Shown: positions 27,601 to 37,747 of the stretch, piece by piece
Position numbering within the stretch: position 1 is the stretch's first letter
Layout: every line of letters begins with the position of its first letter
Assembly: GCA_046563655.1 (NCBI GenBank)
Contig: CM102285.1
Span: 9,796,001-9,860,000 of the forward strand
From: Yuukianura sp. NJ FZ-2021
Lineage: Eukaryota
Reading direction: 5' to 3'
Length of the DNA: 64,000 nucleotides
The notes under the pieces: model-generated
Told to the model about the DNA's origin: nothing
What the model saw: only the letters and a program-made list of their open reading frames with translations
Database searches by the model: none
Program-made: the position numbers and the translations under genes

Positions 27601-30600
27601 AGTGTGGTTAGGGGCGCTGGGAGGATTACTTCCGTTTTGTCATTAACTTTCTCTTTACAAAATTCCGTCAAAAATCACTTATTTTTAAAGAAGTTTTCCG
27701 TTCTATAGAAGTAACTGCTGGTTCACAAAATCTTAACGTTTACACAATACGCAATCTGTTTAGTTTGGAAGTAAATTAAAGAATTTTTAATGCCTTTGGT
27801 TGTTGTTTTTTTCGTTTCAAGGATAAAGGAAGACGTAAAAAGCTTCAAAGAAGTTTGCTAAATTTAGCCATTGACTCATTTCCTCGGGACATTCAAAAAG
27901 AAGTCTTCACAATTTTTGCGATTTGGCAAACAACACATTTTTGTAATTTGTAGACAAGACGGAAAGAACGTTAGTGTCAGCTAAATCGAAATTGTAAATT
28001 AATCCAAAGTGTATTAAAGTAATTGATGGTAGTTTGATTCTTTCTGTGACATTTCCAATGATGATTAATGTGGTCCATTACACTTTGTGAAAACTTTTGT
28101 TCTGACAGCCCTACATGCCACAATTTACTAAAGCTCAAAGGAAAAATACCAAAAGCAGTGTATCTGTTTCTTTTTCTGTCTGAAAAGTCCGAATGTTCCG
28201 CAACACTCTGCCTTAATTGAGTCATAAATCAATTGAATCTGGGTGGTTCCAGTAGCAGACACTTACTACAAAAAATAAACTTCTTAGAGAAAGTGGAACA
28301 GTGAAAGTGTGGTGGAATGCCGTCCATTTCTCACGGTGGGATCCTCTACTACGTGGTTCGTGTCCCACGAGACCAATACCAACAAGCCACACATGAGAGG
28401 TGAATCTTTTGATTTGAGTGACCTTCGTGACCTTCAAGGGGTGTGCCCTTGCATTCTCATAAACAAGCCATGAGATAGAGAAAAACATGAGAAGATAACC
28501 TTAACAAGCAAATATTTTCGAAATTCCTTTACAGAGAAAGCAAACTTTCACCGAATTTCTTTATTGCATTTTCAGAATTCTCTTTTATAATGTAAGTTTC
28601 GCATGCTTGGACTAAAACACAACAGCTTGATAAATAAAATGTTAATATCGAACTTTCTCTACTGAATCCATTGGACCTTTTCAAATTCAAAGTTCAAGCT
28701 CAGAAGAGCATGAAATTAAAATTCACTTTCAGTCTTTTCATTACCATAAAATTAAAACTTCCACTTGAATTTGGAATGCTATTCTCCTAACGAAGCCTTA
28801 ACTTTGCCTTTTCATGGTGTTCTTAAGAAGTTGCTAATTTTTAATCCTGTCAAGCATATTTGAATTAGCACATTCTTAAGGCCAGGGCCTAGAATTTTAT
28901 CCTTTCACGTTCAGGTTCACGTCCACGCTTTCAATTTAAGATGTCTTGTCTAACGAAAAGAAAAGCTTAGGATTAATAATGTAAAATGTGCAGATGCGAC
29001 GTGGTAGGTGTGAATTTTGGCAAATGTGGTCTTAATCCATTAAGACAGGTTGCTTTTTCTCCCTGGAACACCTCCAATGTAAACATGGAGTCCAAAAATA
29101 ATAAGCTTTGGGTTCATCTTGGAAGTTGATGAAATGGCATTTTGGGTTTTAAGCTGAAGCATCAAGTAATTCCAGCGGGTTTTGCAGCGATGATGAAGTT
29201 TCGCCAAGTGAATCCAAGCGCTTCCAGGATGTTTTCCATGGTTAACTTTGGGTTGGTTGCAATCAGCGGGAGGTTTAGCTAGCACTCAAATTCCCATGGC
29301 TGGAAAAGCATCCATTAGCCTTGAGTGTTCCCAGAATGGCATACAAAACCAAGGAAAGGCCTTTTTGTTGTTAGACGAGACGTGAATCCATGAATTATTA
29401 AATCCAGTTCCTGCCCTTAGCCTTCCGCAACATTTAATTCTAAATGTCATCAACTCTCAACCTACTTTTTAGTTCTGTTACCCCAGAGGAATGTAGCCAC
29501 TTACCGTTCAGTGTTCAGGATTTGTTCTGGGTTGTTTTGTATCTCTTACGACTTGACATTTTGATTCATCCGGTAACTGTGCTACTGGCGGCAGTGGTTG
29601 TAAATTCTTATTTCTAAAAGTTGACATTTGAGGTGATGGAAATGTCAAGGCATGAGGCACAGTTAGTGGCCATCGAAAAACATGATCAGCGTAGGCGATA
29701 ATCACTTATTCAACCTTGTACGTTTCCGCTGAAAGTCAAAATTGCACCACTGGAAAGCCTTTTGTCGGTAAAATGCAATAAGGCTCTGATTATAATCGGA
29801 TTTCCCTGCCGAAATGGAATTATCTGATGATCGTAGGGTGATTCGAAAATGTAGATTTCTTTCATGGTATTCTGCAAGGTACTAATGGTGCTAATGACAT
29901 TATAACGCTTTCCATAATGTATTCTGTACGATCTGTGGAAACTCAGATGGTGCGACATGCTTTGAGAAGATAAATGATAAACCAAATTCGGAGAATTAGG
30001 TTAGGAAAAACTAGGCTAATGCTCAAGACGCCTTGAAGGAGAAAGGAATTAATGTCAAAAGACAATTTTGATAGTCTAAATGTTTTCTATGAACAAATTT
30101 TTCCGAAAACATTTCGAAAACTCAACTTTCAAGATTCAATGTCTTCAATTTTCAAAAACTTGATAGTGTAGAAATTAAATGTCATCAAATAAACTTTGTT
30201 TTGATTTCAGCACAACAATTTTTTGAAGGTAGTTAACAGTTAAGTGAGGTATTTCATCAGGACGCTAGTTTTGTCAGTGCAAATTACGATTGCTGCAATT
30301 TTTCTTGGCGTGAACGACAAAACCAGCAGTCTTACAGTTGATTAATGGAGATTTTTTTTTTGATTTTTCAGTGTTGAGAGTGGTTGGGAAAATCCATTTC
30401 GCCCTGACGGTGACCTCAGTAAAGAAGCAGATCAAATTGTAGAGCTGATCAAAGAAGGAAAGCCCATAAATGATGAGACTCTCCGCAGCATCAGTCCGAG
30501 CGTCAGCATCAACGAAAACGACGTGATGCGCTCCACGAACTACACAAATAACCTTATGGTAATTCAATGTTCCAGTTTACAAAAAACAGCCATAATTGTT

Positions 30601-30816
30601 TTCGAAAAAGTTCATCAAAATGATTTTTGTTTTTGATTTTTCCAGGCGTCTCCTCCTCCACAACCACAAGCGCAACCAGGAAAAGGCACAAACGGTGCTG
30701 CGGCGGCGTCCAACGGGACTGAAGTACAGCGCGGTGTCGTCGTTCCACCGTCACAGACAGGAACCGTGGAACATGTGACGCTGAAGAAGAAGAAAGGCTG
30801 CTGTGTTATCCAATAG
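12618..30816 (+). CDS. 577-aa largely disordered, predicted prenylated protein (paralemmin-like C-terminal polybasic CaaX); exons 12618-13654, 14316-14474, 24904-25083, 30372-30558, 30646-30816
   Basis: All four introns are GT-AG with consistent phases (2,2,2,0); the total is 1734 nt. The product has an S/T-rich N-terminus, KHVSLKR|VSFGSSKGSMVETVIFE, SRVRVTFFES, SVESGWENPFRPDGDLSKEADQIVELIKEGKPI and ends VTLKKKKGCCVIQ*. A likely 5'UTR acceptor (ttttcag) lies at about 12281. Confidence 0.85.
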
Positions 30817-31066
30817 GCATACAACTACCCAAGAACTAATAGGTTTTAAACTTTAAAATTTTAGAATTTTAGAACACGCTTTTAACAACAAGTTAAGCTA
30901 CAAACGAACTCTGTGTTTAAAACTACGATACAATGGAAAAGGGCTTTTCAAAGAAAAAAAATGTTTGGTAGGGTTTCCAAATTTGAAAACAGATTATGAA
31001 TGCTGATGCATTTGTTCTAAATATGTTACAACTAGAGCCTACAATTCATGATTAATGTGAGTTAAT

Positions 31067-31187
31067 TACAATGTCATACTATTAAATGTTAACAAAGGAC
31101 TACGCATGCTAGGTATAAAAATTGTGAGTAAAATACAATGTCATTACTACTATTAAATGTTAACAAGGGACTATATACGCATGCTAG
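31067..31187. repeat. Imperfect direct duplication (about 47-54 bp) downstream of the CaaX gene stop
   Basis: tacaatgtca(t)tactattaaatgttaacaa(a/g)ggacta..cgcatgctag occurs at about 31067-31113 and about 31134-31187. Confidence 0.8.
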
Positions 31188-31660
31188 ACGTAACGATTAC
31201 TCATACCAAATGATTGTTTAAAAAAAGTAAACCCTGATGACCTGCCCTGACTGTTCGTCGCAATGTAAAACTTTTAACTGTGACTCTTTGGACTTATAAA
31301 AATAAAAGGCATGAACATAACTGTTGAATGATTCTATGATGGGCGAGTCGAGAAATCGCGAACATTCATCGGTTTGCTGTGTTGACTCTCTTACTTCTTC
31401 CAAACAGTTTTGTATTAAAGGATTTGAACCGTTTCTTTGCAAATTCCATTTTACGGTACAGGCATTTTCAAAAATTTTTAAATTACGAAAGTTTTGTATG
31501 AATCTCAAGTTACATGCTAGTTTTGGTTTGAAATTGTTAAATATCAACCTAATGCTTAGAATCTACTTTTTACTCATTGATTCCCAATTGCTCTGGCAGA
31601 ATTTTTCTAAAATTAGGAGTGTAAAAATGAAAGTTTGGAAGCTAAATCTGGAAGGCTTTA

Positions 31661-32687
31661 AGCTTACCGCCCACCGAAAAAGTGAAACGAACAATTGGAA
31701 TCCCAGCGGCTTCTGCTCCATTTGTTCTTTCTGCCCGGCACACCAAAAATGAATCGAAAGAAGAAATGGAGCCGACGGCGCAGGGGCTCCATTTTGTCTG
31801 CTCCACTTTTTCTTCTCACCCGGCACACTGGACTTATCGGTACGAGTAGCTTTCTGCCCCAGTTGTTCGTTTCAGCTGGTGTGCCATAGGAATTCGAACT
31901 GATCAGAACATGTAAACAAAGAATGGCGCCATTCTCTATTTTTCAAATATGTGCATGATAATTGGTTCATATTCTTAACTCAATAGTAATCAGCAGTGTT
32001 AAATTGATGATTAGTTGTAGATTATGTTATGTCGTAGCTGTTCCAGTGTCACCATATGCGTCTGCGATCACTGTATGGGCTAGGTCAAGATAGTGGTAAG
32101 CAGCATTTGGTATAAAACAGGAACGACACATGCTAAACAGGCTTAATTAATTGAGTGTTGTAGTTAACGTTAATTGAGACACAGGGTACTGTGACCCTGT
32201 TAAATAAGCATAGAAATTGTTTTCCGTTAACAACAGAACGTATCATTCACTTTGAATGATACTAAACAAATTACTTTAAATTTAACAGCTGATGTTGTTT
32301 GCAAACTGCACTTTCTGATCAGACAGTGCAGTGTGCCATAGGGAAAAAACTGGCGCCGAATATTTTCGGCTCGGAAAGTTCAACTTTTTGAACTTTCCGG
32401 AAAGACAAAATTTTGGCCGCCGAAAGTTTTCTCAATCGGTGTGCCATAGTCTGCGCCAAAAGTGAACCGACAACTTTCGGTTCACTTTTGTCTGCAGAAA
32501 AAGTGGAGCCGACACCGAATCTCGGTGTGCGGTGTGGAAAGATAAAAGTGAGACGAACTTTTTCTTTCCTCTCCGACGGGAAGAAAAAGTTCGGCGGCTA
32601 CTTTTTCTGGTGTGCTATAGTAAAGTGAACAGAAAAAGTAGAGCCGACAACCGCCGACAGTCGGCGCCGTCCGGTGTGCGGTAACCT
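31661..32687. mobile_element. Non-autonomous PIF/Harbinger-like MITE
   Basis: 16-bp TIRs AGCTTACCGCCCACCG and (reverse complement) AGGTTACCGCACACCG, 14/16 identical; TTA duplication at 31658-31660 and 32688-32690; internal repeats GTGTGCCATAG, CGGCACAC and GAGCCGAC. Confidence 0.75.
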
Positions 32688-33009
32688 TTAGTCTAAAAAA
32701 ATATTTTTGAATTCTTCAACGTGAACGTATAAAAACTGCTTCATGAAAAAGCATTCATATATCCAATTTCAATTTCAATTTATTCTGAAAGTTTCATGTA
32801 TGGAAAGGTTATTACACTTCAGGTTTGGTTAGTTTAGTTTAAAATTAATATTATACTTAAAATTATTGAATTACTCGGCTAAGTTTAAGATACGATTATC
32901 CGTAACCATTTGGGTTACTCAAGAAATGCGCAGTAGTAGATGCGCAAAGCCATAACCGTTAACCACTCTGCAAAAGACATGTCCTTCCAGAACATTTTCA
33001 TGGTAGTAA

Positions 33010-33738
33010 TTAAATGTTGCAATTTTTTCTGGAGAAGGTAACGGTTTTGGTTATATCAAAACCTAAGCTTTTTAAAACCAAAACTACTGCCATCTTTGTT
33101 TTCTTCTTGAGACGCTTCCTGGAGGAATCGACGTAGTATACAGTTTTTCCAGAGTAACACAACGTTTTGATTAGAGTTGATCCATCAGTCCATACATTAG
33201 CAAGCATAGCGGATCCATCGCCTACTAAGTTGTCGTACATTTTGGAATGTTTTCTGCTCATTTTTGCCAGAGTTGCGTGACGAAAGGCACAGTTTTTGTG
33301 AACAGAAGGTTTGTTTCCAACGTAGACCGTTTCCATGCAGCGAGTTGCGTCGGTTGGTGATTGGCCCATTTGATGAGTCCATCCAACCCTAATGTTCCCA
33401 AGAGTCCAGATATAAAGCAACCTTCCACCCGGCATCACACGATTGTCGAATCCGTAGCAGATCGAGTCCAAGTCTGCATCACTGGAAATTGGCATTCCGC
33501 GCATGTACAGACTGTCGATGAATGCTCCAAGTTGACTAGTCATGACTTGGTACTTGACCTTTCCCAGAACCTTGAGCAGTGCACTGTGGTTGTTTGGTAA
33601 ACTTTGACCGAGACAGCGACAATCGTCGCATTGGGGCTCTTGAATGTCTTCTATTGCCCATGACCTTCCTTCTATGCCTTTTGTACACAACACACCTAGG
33701 ACGAGAAGTACTAGATATTTCCAATTGGGTGGAAACAT
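33010..33738 (-). CDS. Secreted cysteine-containing protein, 242 aa, intronless, probably a divergent lipocalin/calycin
   Basis: ATG at 33738 followed by a signal peptide (MFPPNWKYLVLLVLGVLCTKGIEG). The C-terminal half (NVWTDGSTLIKTLCY...YYVDSSRKRL...LKSLGFD...C) parallels the lipocalin TDY/YSC, ILSR and terminal helix-G-x-D pattern. The fold call is inference. Confidence 0.8.
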   Translation of the reverse strand: MFPPNWKYLVLLVLGVLCTKGIEGRSWAIEDIQEPQCDDCRCLGQSLPNNHSALLKVLGKVKYQVMTSQLGAFIDSLYMRGMPISSDADLDSICYGFDNRVMPGGRLLYIWTLGNIRVGWTHQMGQSPTDATRCMETVYVGNKPSVHKNCAFRHATLAKMSRKHSKMYDNLVGDGSAMLANVWTDGSTLIKTLCYSGKTVYYVDSSRKRLKKKTKMAVVLVLKSLGFDITKTVTFSRKNCNI

Positions 33739-34329
33739 GACCTTAAATGGAGACAGTTTTAGGTTTTGGCCAGAATGAGAGATGAAATGAGGGATGAAAT
33801 GCGTCAAAGATAAACTTGCTGAACTGAGTGAGAAGAGGCGATGAAGCCAAGACAAAAGAAGGAGTGTTGTGGGATGTCCGCTTTTTTGATATTTTATCCA
33901 CGCCTTGATATCAAGTGGAATTAAGCCACTTGGCGTTTAAGCATCCAGCAACACTGCGCTTAACAGATTATTCCAATAAAAGTCTGTACTGGTGGCAAAA
34001 AAAAATGCATTTTAATTCCACGTTTTCTTACAGATGGTAATGTAATTTGGATCCTAATAAGCCAATATTGTAATTTATTAATTGCAAGTTATATTTGAAG
34101 CGTAATTAATATTAATTACTGAACCTGCATAAGTAATACCAGATGTAGCAACGCATTGAGCTACTCATGCAATAAAAGCCGAAGAAAGCTAAATAATTAA
34201 TTCAACGATATTGAAACAAAAGCCATTAATAGGCTGGTTTTATTGTCATTTGAAAGAAGTGGTGTAATTATCTAAAGTTTATTACCCATAACTTAAGAAA
34301 TGCGCATTAATAGATGCGCAAAGGCGTAA

Positions 34330-34635
34330 CTACTCTGCAAAAGGCATGTCTTTCCAGTACAATTTTATGGTAGTAATTAAGTGTTGCAATTTTTTCTGGA
34401 GTATGTAATGGATGTCCACAAATGCTGCAAATTGACTAGTTAGGACTGGGTACTTGGCTTTGCTCAGAGCCTTCTGCAGTGTACTGTGATTGTGCGGCAA
34501 ACTTTGACCGAGGCAGCGACAATCGTCGCATTGTGGCTCCACAATGTCTTCTATTGCCCACGACCTTCCTTCTACACCTTTTGTACACAAAGTACCTAAG
34601 ACGAGAAGCACATATCTCCAACTGTGTGAAAACAT
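34330..34635 (-). pseudogene. Tandem paralog of the 33010-33738 gene with a ~467-bp internal deletion and frameshift
   Basis: The first ~74 codons align (GRSWAIEDIVEPQCDDCRCLGQSLP). At about 34411 the sequence jumps to the parent's last codons (tccagaaaaaattgcaac) out of frame; the missing part equals parent 33045-33511. Upstream and downstream flanks are also duplicated. Confidence 0.85.
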
Positions 34636-35665
34636 GACTTCAAAACTTGATCTGCATTACAGTTTGGGATGAAATGCGCCTAAGATAGACTTTCTCAACT
34701 GAGTCAATTGATAAAGTCAAGACAAAAGAAAGAGTGTTGTTGGATGTCCAATTTTTCGACATTTTATCCACAGCTGGAATCCAGTAGAATTAAGCCACGG
34801 TGTTTAAGCATCCAGCAACACTACGCTTAACAGATATTCCGACGAAAATGTGTGCTGGCTGCAAAAAACGTATTTAAATTCCGCGTTTTTCTACACATGG
34901 TAAATGTGATTTGGATGTTAATGAGCCAATATTGTAATTTATTAATCGTAGGTTTTATGTTAAACTCCTAAACTAATGCTTATTACTGGCTCTGCTTAAA
35001 TCTTGCAGTTGCAACTTATTGAGCTACTCATAGAATAATATCAAATGAGTGCTAAATGATTACCTTTCTATTTAGGTATTTCTATTTTTATTTTTCAGTT
35101 TATTTTTCTCGTTTCTTCATTTCCACGCCGTGCGAAATATTTAGTTTTCTATCATTGCTTTCTACATCTAAAAACCAAAAGAGGAACTCAACGTGTAGCA
35201 AAGAAAATATAAATTTCTGTTTTAGCATCTGATATATACAAACAAAAATTGTTTAGAATCGAGAAAAAAAAACAATCAATTTGGCATCGACGCCTTAAGA
35301 ATTATGAAATTTGAGATGATGGGAAGGGAATCCCAAGAGAAAGTTTGCGAATCTAATGGTACCGGAAACCGGTTTTGCAAAACAATGAGTAGAAATTACT
35401 TTGAACCCTGTAAATGAATCATCATCATATTCATCTCGTAAAACGCATTTCCTACTTTCTGAAATTTTAGGAACCACCATAACGAGAGATTTAGAAAAAA
35501 TTCAAAGATCGTACCAACTTTCTATCCGATTCATTCTTGAGTTTATTTCAAAGGAGTAAGGTTATCCGAAACACAATCTTGCAAAAATATCACGCGCATA
35601 ATGCAATAAAATAATAACAAATAATAAAATTAAGGCTAATTGCTTGTTAAATCGCTGGGAATATT

Positions 35666-36918
35666 TTAGGCTCCGAATCCATCTAGCCAAGGCTCTGTCG
35701 CTTCCTTGTTTTTATTTACGGGTGTTGACAGCATTCCGGGCATCAAAGATTTCATATCCGAAAGTTTGTCTCTCAATGAAAATAAATTTTCTCGGTACAC
35801 TCGTCCCATGTCAAGAAACATTGCGTCTAAATTGCTTGGAATGTTGGACACAGATTTCAGTATGGTTGAAGCAGCAGACCGAATCTACAACAAAAGCATC
35901 AAAATATATGAAAACGCAAAACCTACATTTTTCATAAAAGTTTTGCAATGAACATTTTGAAATTTCGACATTTTTGATGTGGTTTACTTACTGGACTTTC
36001 TTCCTCATACGGACTCTCCGTAGGAGCATAGGCAAATCCACCTTGTTGCAATTGATTATTTTGTGGTATCGCAATTTGCAGATTTGGGTTCAGTTTATTT
36101 GATTGAGAATTGACTGATGGGAATTTTTGAGTAAGAAAATCTGCAACATTCTGCCTAAGATTCTGTGGTTGTTTTGGAGGTTGAGTAGAAAGTGGAGTGA
36201 AAATGGCAAAATTTTGATACGGTAACGTTTGAGCTGGTGATTCTTGCGGTTGAGTGTATTTCCATTGTGAATGTGACTGAGCAGGTGAATCCATAAAAGA
36301 TGAAATTTGTGATTTGATCAAATTTGTCATACTTTTGAGGAATCCATTGGACTCTGTGAGAGGTACATCCGTAACTGCATCTTGATATTGAATCTGAGAC
36401 TGTGAGCTAGATGCTAACGGAGTCTGAGCAGTAGATTTGAAGGGATTAACACTTTGCAATCCATCATTTAGAACTTCTGCCAAACTGCTTGTTTGTTGAA
36501 CATAGTTGGATGTACTTCTGGGAACTTGTTCAAATGTTGCCTTAGGATTTGACCCTTGACCCCGTAGTCCGGCAATCTGGTTTCCATCTAGCTTGATTGT
36601 AATTGTAAGGCCACCTTTGTCTGTTCGTGCTATCCCAAGGGTATCGCCAGTTTGTTTCAGCATTTCAAAGCTTCTGCTGTTATCTAGCTTGTCAATTGCG
36701 GGGTTAGGTGCTTCGAATTGATGAATTTCGATATTTGGATTTTGATTTTGCAAAAGCTGTTGTGGAACGAAATCTTGACGTGGAGTAATGGTCGGAGGAA
36801 CTTGGTTGATGAAGGTGGCTTGGAACGTTTGTTGCTGTGGAAAGGAGCTATCTGGAACAGCAATTAGTAATTCGCTGGAAGCAGAACATGCCACAAGAAG
36901 GAAGCACAAGAGCTTCAT
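35666..36918 (-). CDS. Secreted Gln/Pro/Ser-rich orphan protein, about 381 aa; exons 35992-36918 and 35666-35884
   Basis: ATG at 36918 with signal peptide MKLLCFLLVACSASS and a long ORF. A CCA|GTAAGT donor at 35991 and ttgttgtag acceptor at 35885 join in phase 0 to the 35666-35851 ORF frame. No recognisable domain. Confidence 0.7.
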
Positions 36919-37747
36919 CTTGAATTTTGACAAAGATGAAAGATTGTGATCACCGTGGAAGCCAATTACTCAATGAAAGAGAAAGTGCATGTGCCGGTTG
37001 CGTTTTATTGTAGGAGTAGCATTGACATTCCTTATAAGTTATAAGGCTAAACTATAAACTAGTACAAAATGCAAGAGCTCAACAGATTTTATTAAAACGG
37101 AAGTACTGTTTGTTCCCCAACTTTCGTTTTCCCTATCGCGAATACGTGCTAAAGACTATTACAACATGGTTGTAACGTCGAGTCGACACGTCGGCCATGA
37201 ACGCGTGGGAAATTACCTAATAGAAATTACATTTGCAAAACAAGTTTCTAACATTAAGTGGCATCTTCTGCTTTCCAATTCATAAAACAAGTCAAACGCA
37301 AGACAAAGTATTGCCGGCTTCGAGTGTGGGGGTGACATTCGCAAAAATTTACAATGACATTGCATCTTGCTTGCTTTCTTGCAAGTTACTTTCATATTTT
37401 CGACATTTGACTAAAAAAAATATTATGGTCACGGTAATTCATATTGAAATGTCAAAAGTTCAACACTTTCTTCAAAACATCACCAATTTTAGCGTGAAAT
37501 TTAGCACTTCACGCGATAAAAAAAAAGAAATTAAAAGTCGGCGGTCTGATTGATTGCTGTTTCTATGGTTACGAAACCATATTCTTATTTGTATTGCCTT
37601 CAATTTTCAAATTCAAATCCAACCGATTTGCTTGATTGAGTTCACTTGATAAGTGTCAGTCGTGGGAAAAATTTTGGGACAGTTTGAAACGAGCCGGAAG
37701 TTCTTTAAAGCGAAGCCGAAGATCAAATACACTTTGAACAATCAGTG

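Noticed and set aside
29040..29985. Three minus-strand ORFs and a GTAAGT donor near 29500 suggesting a nested antisense gene
   Set aside because: I could not join them into a phase-consistent open frame and recognised no homology; at most a non-coding antisense exon.
35295..35480. 61-aa ORF as a possible third exon of the Q/P-rich gene
   Set aside because: Exon 2 already ends in a stop at 35666 and no convincing in-phase donor was established.
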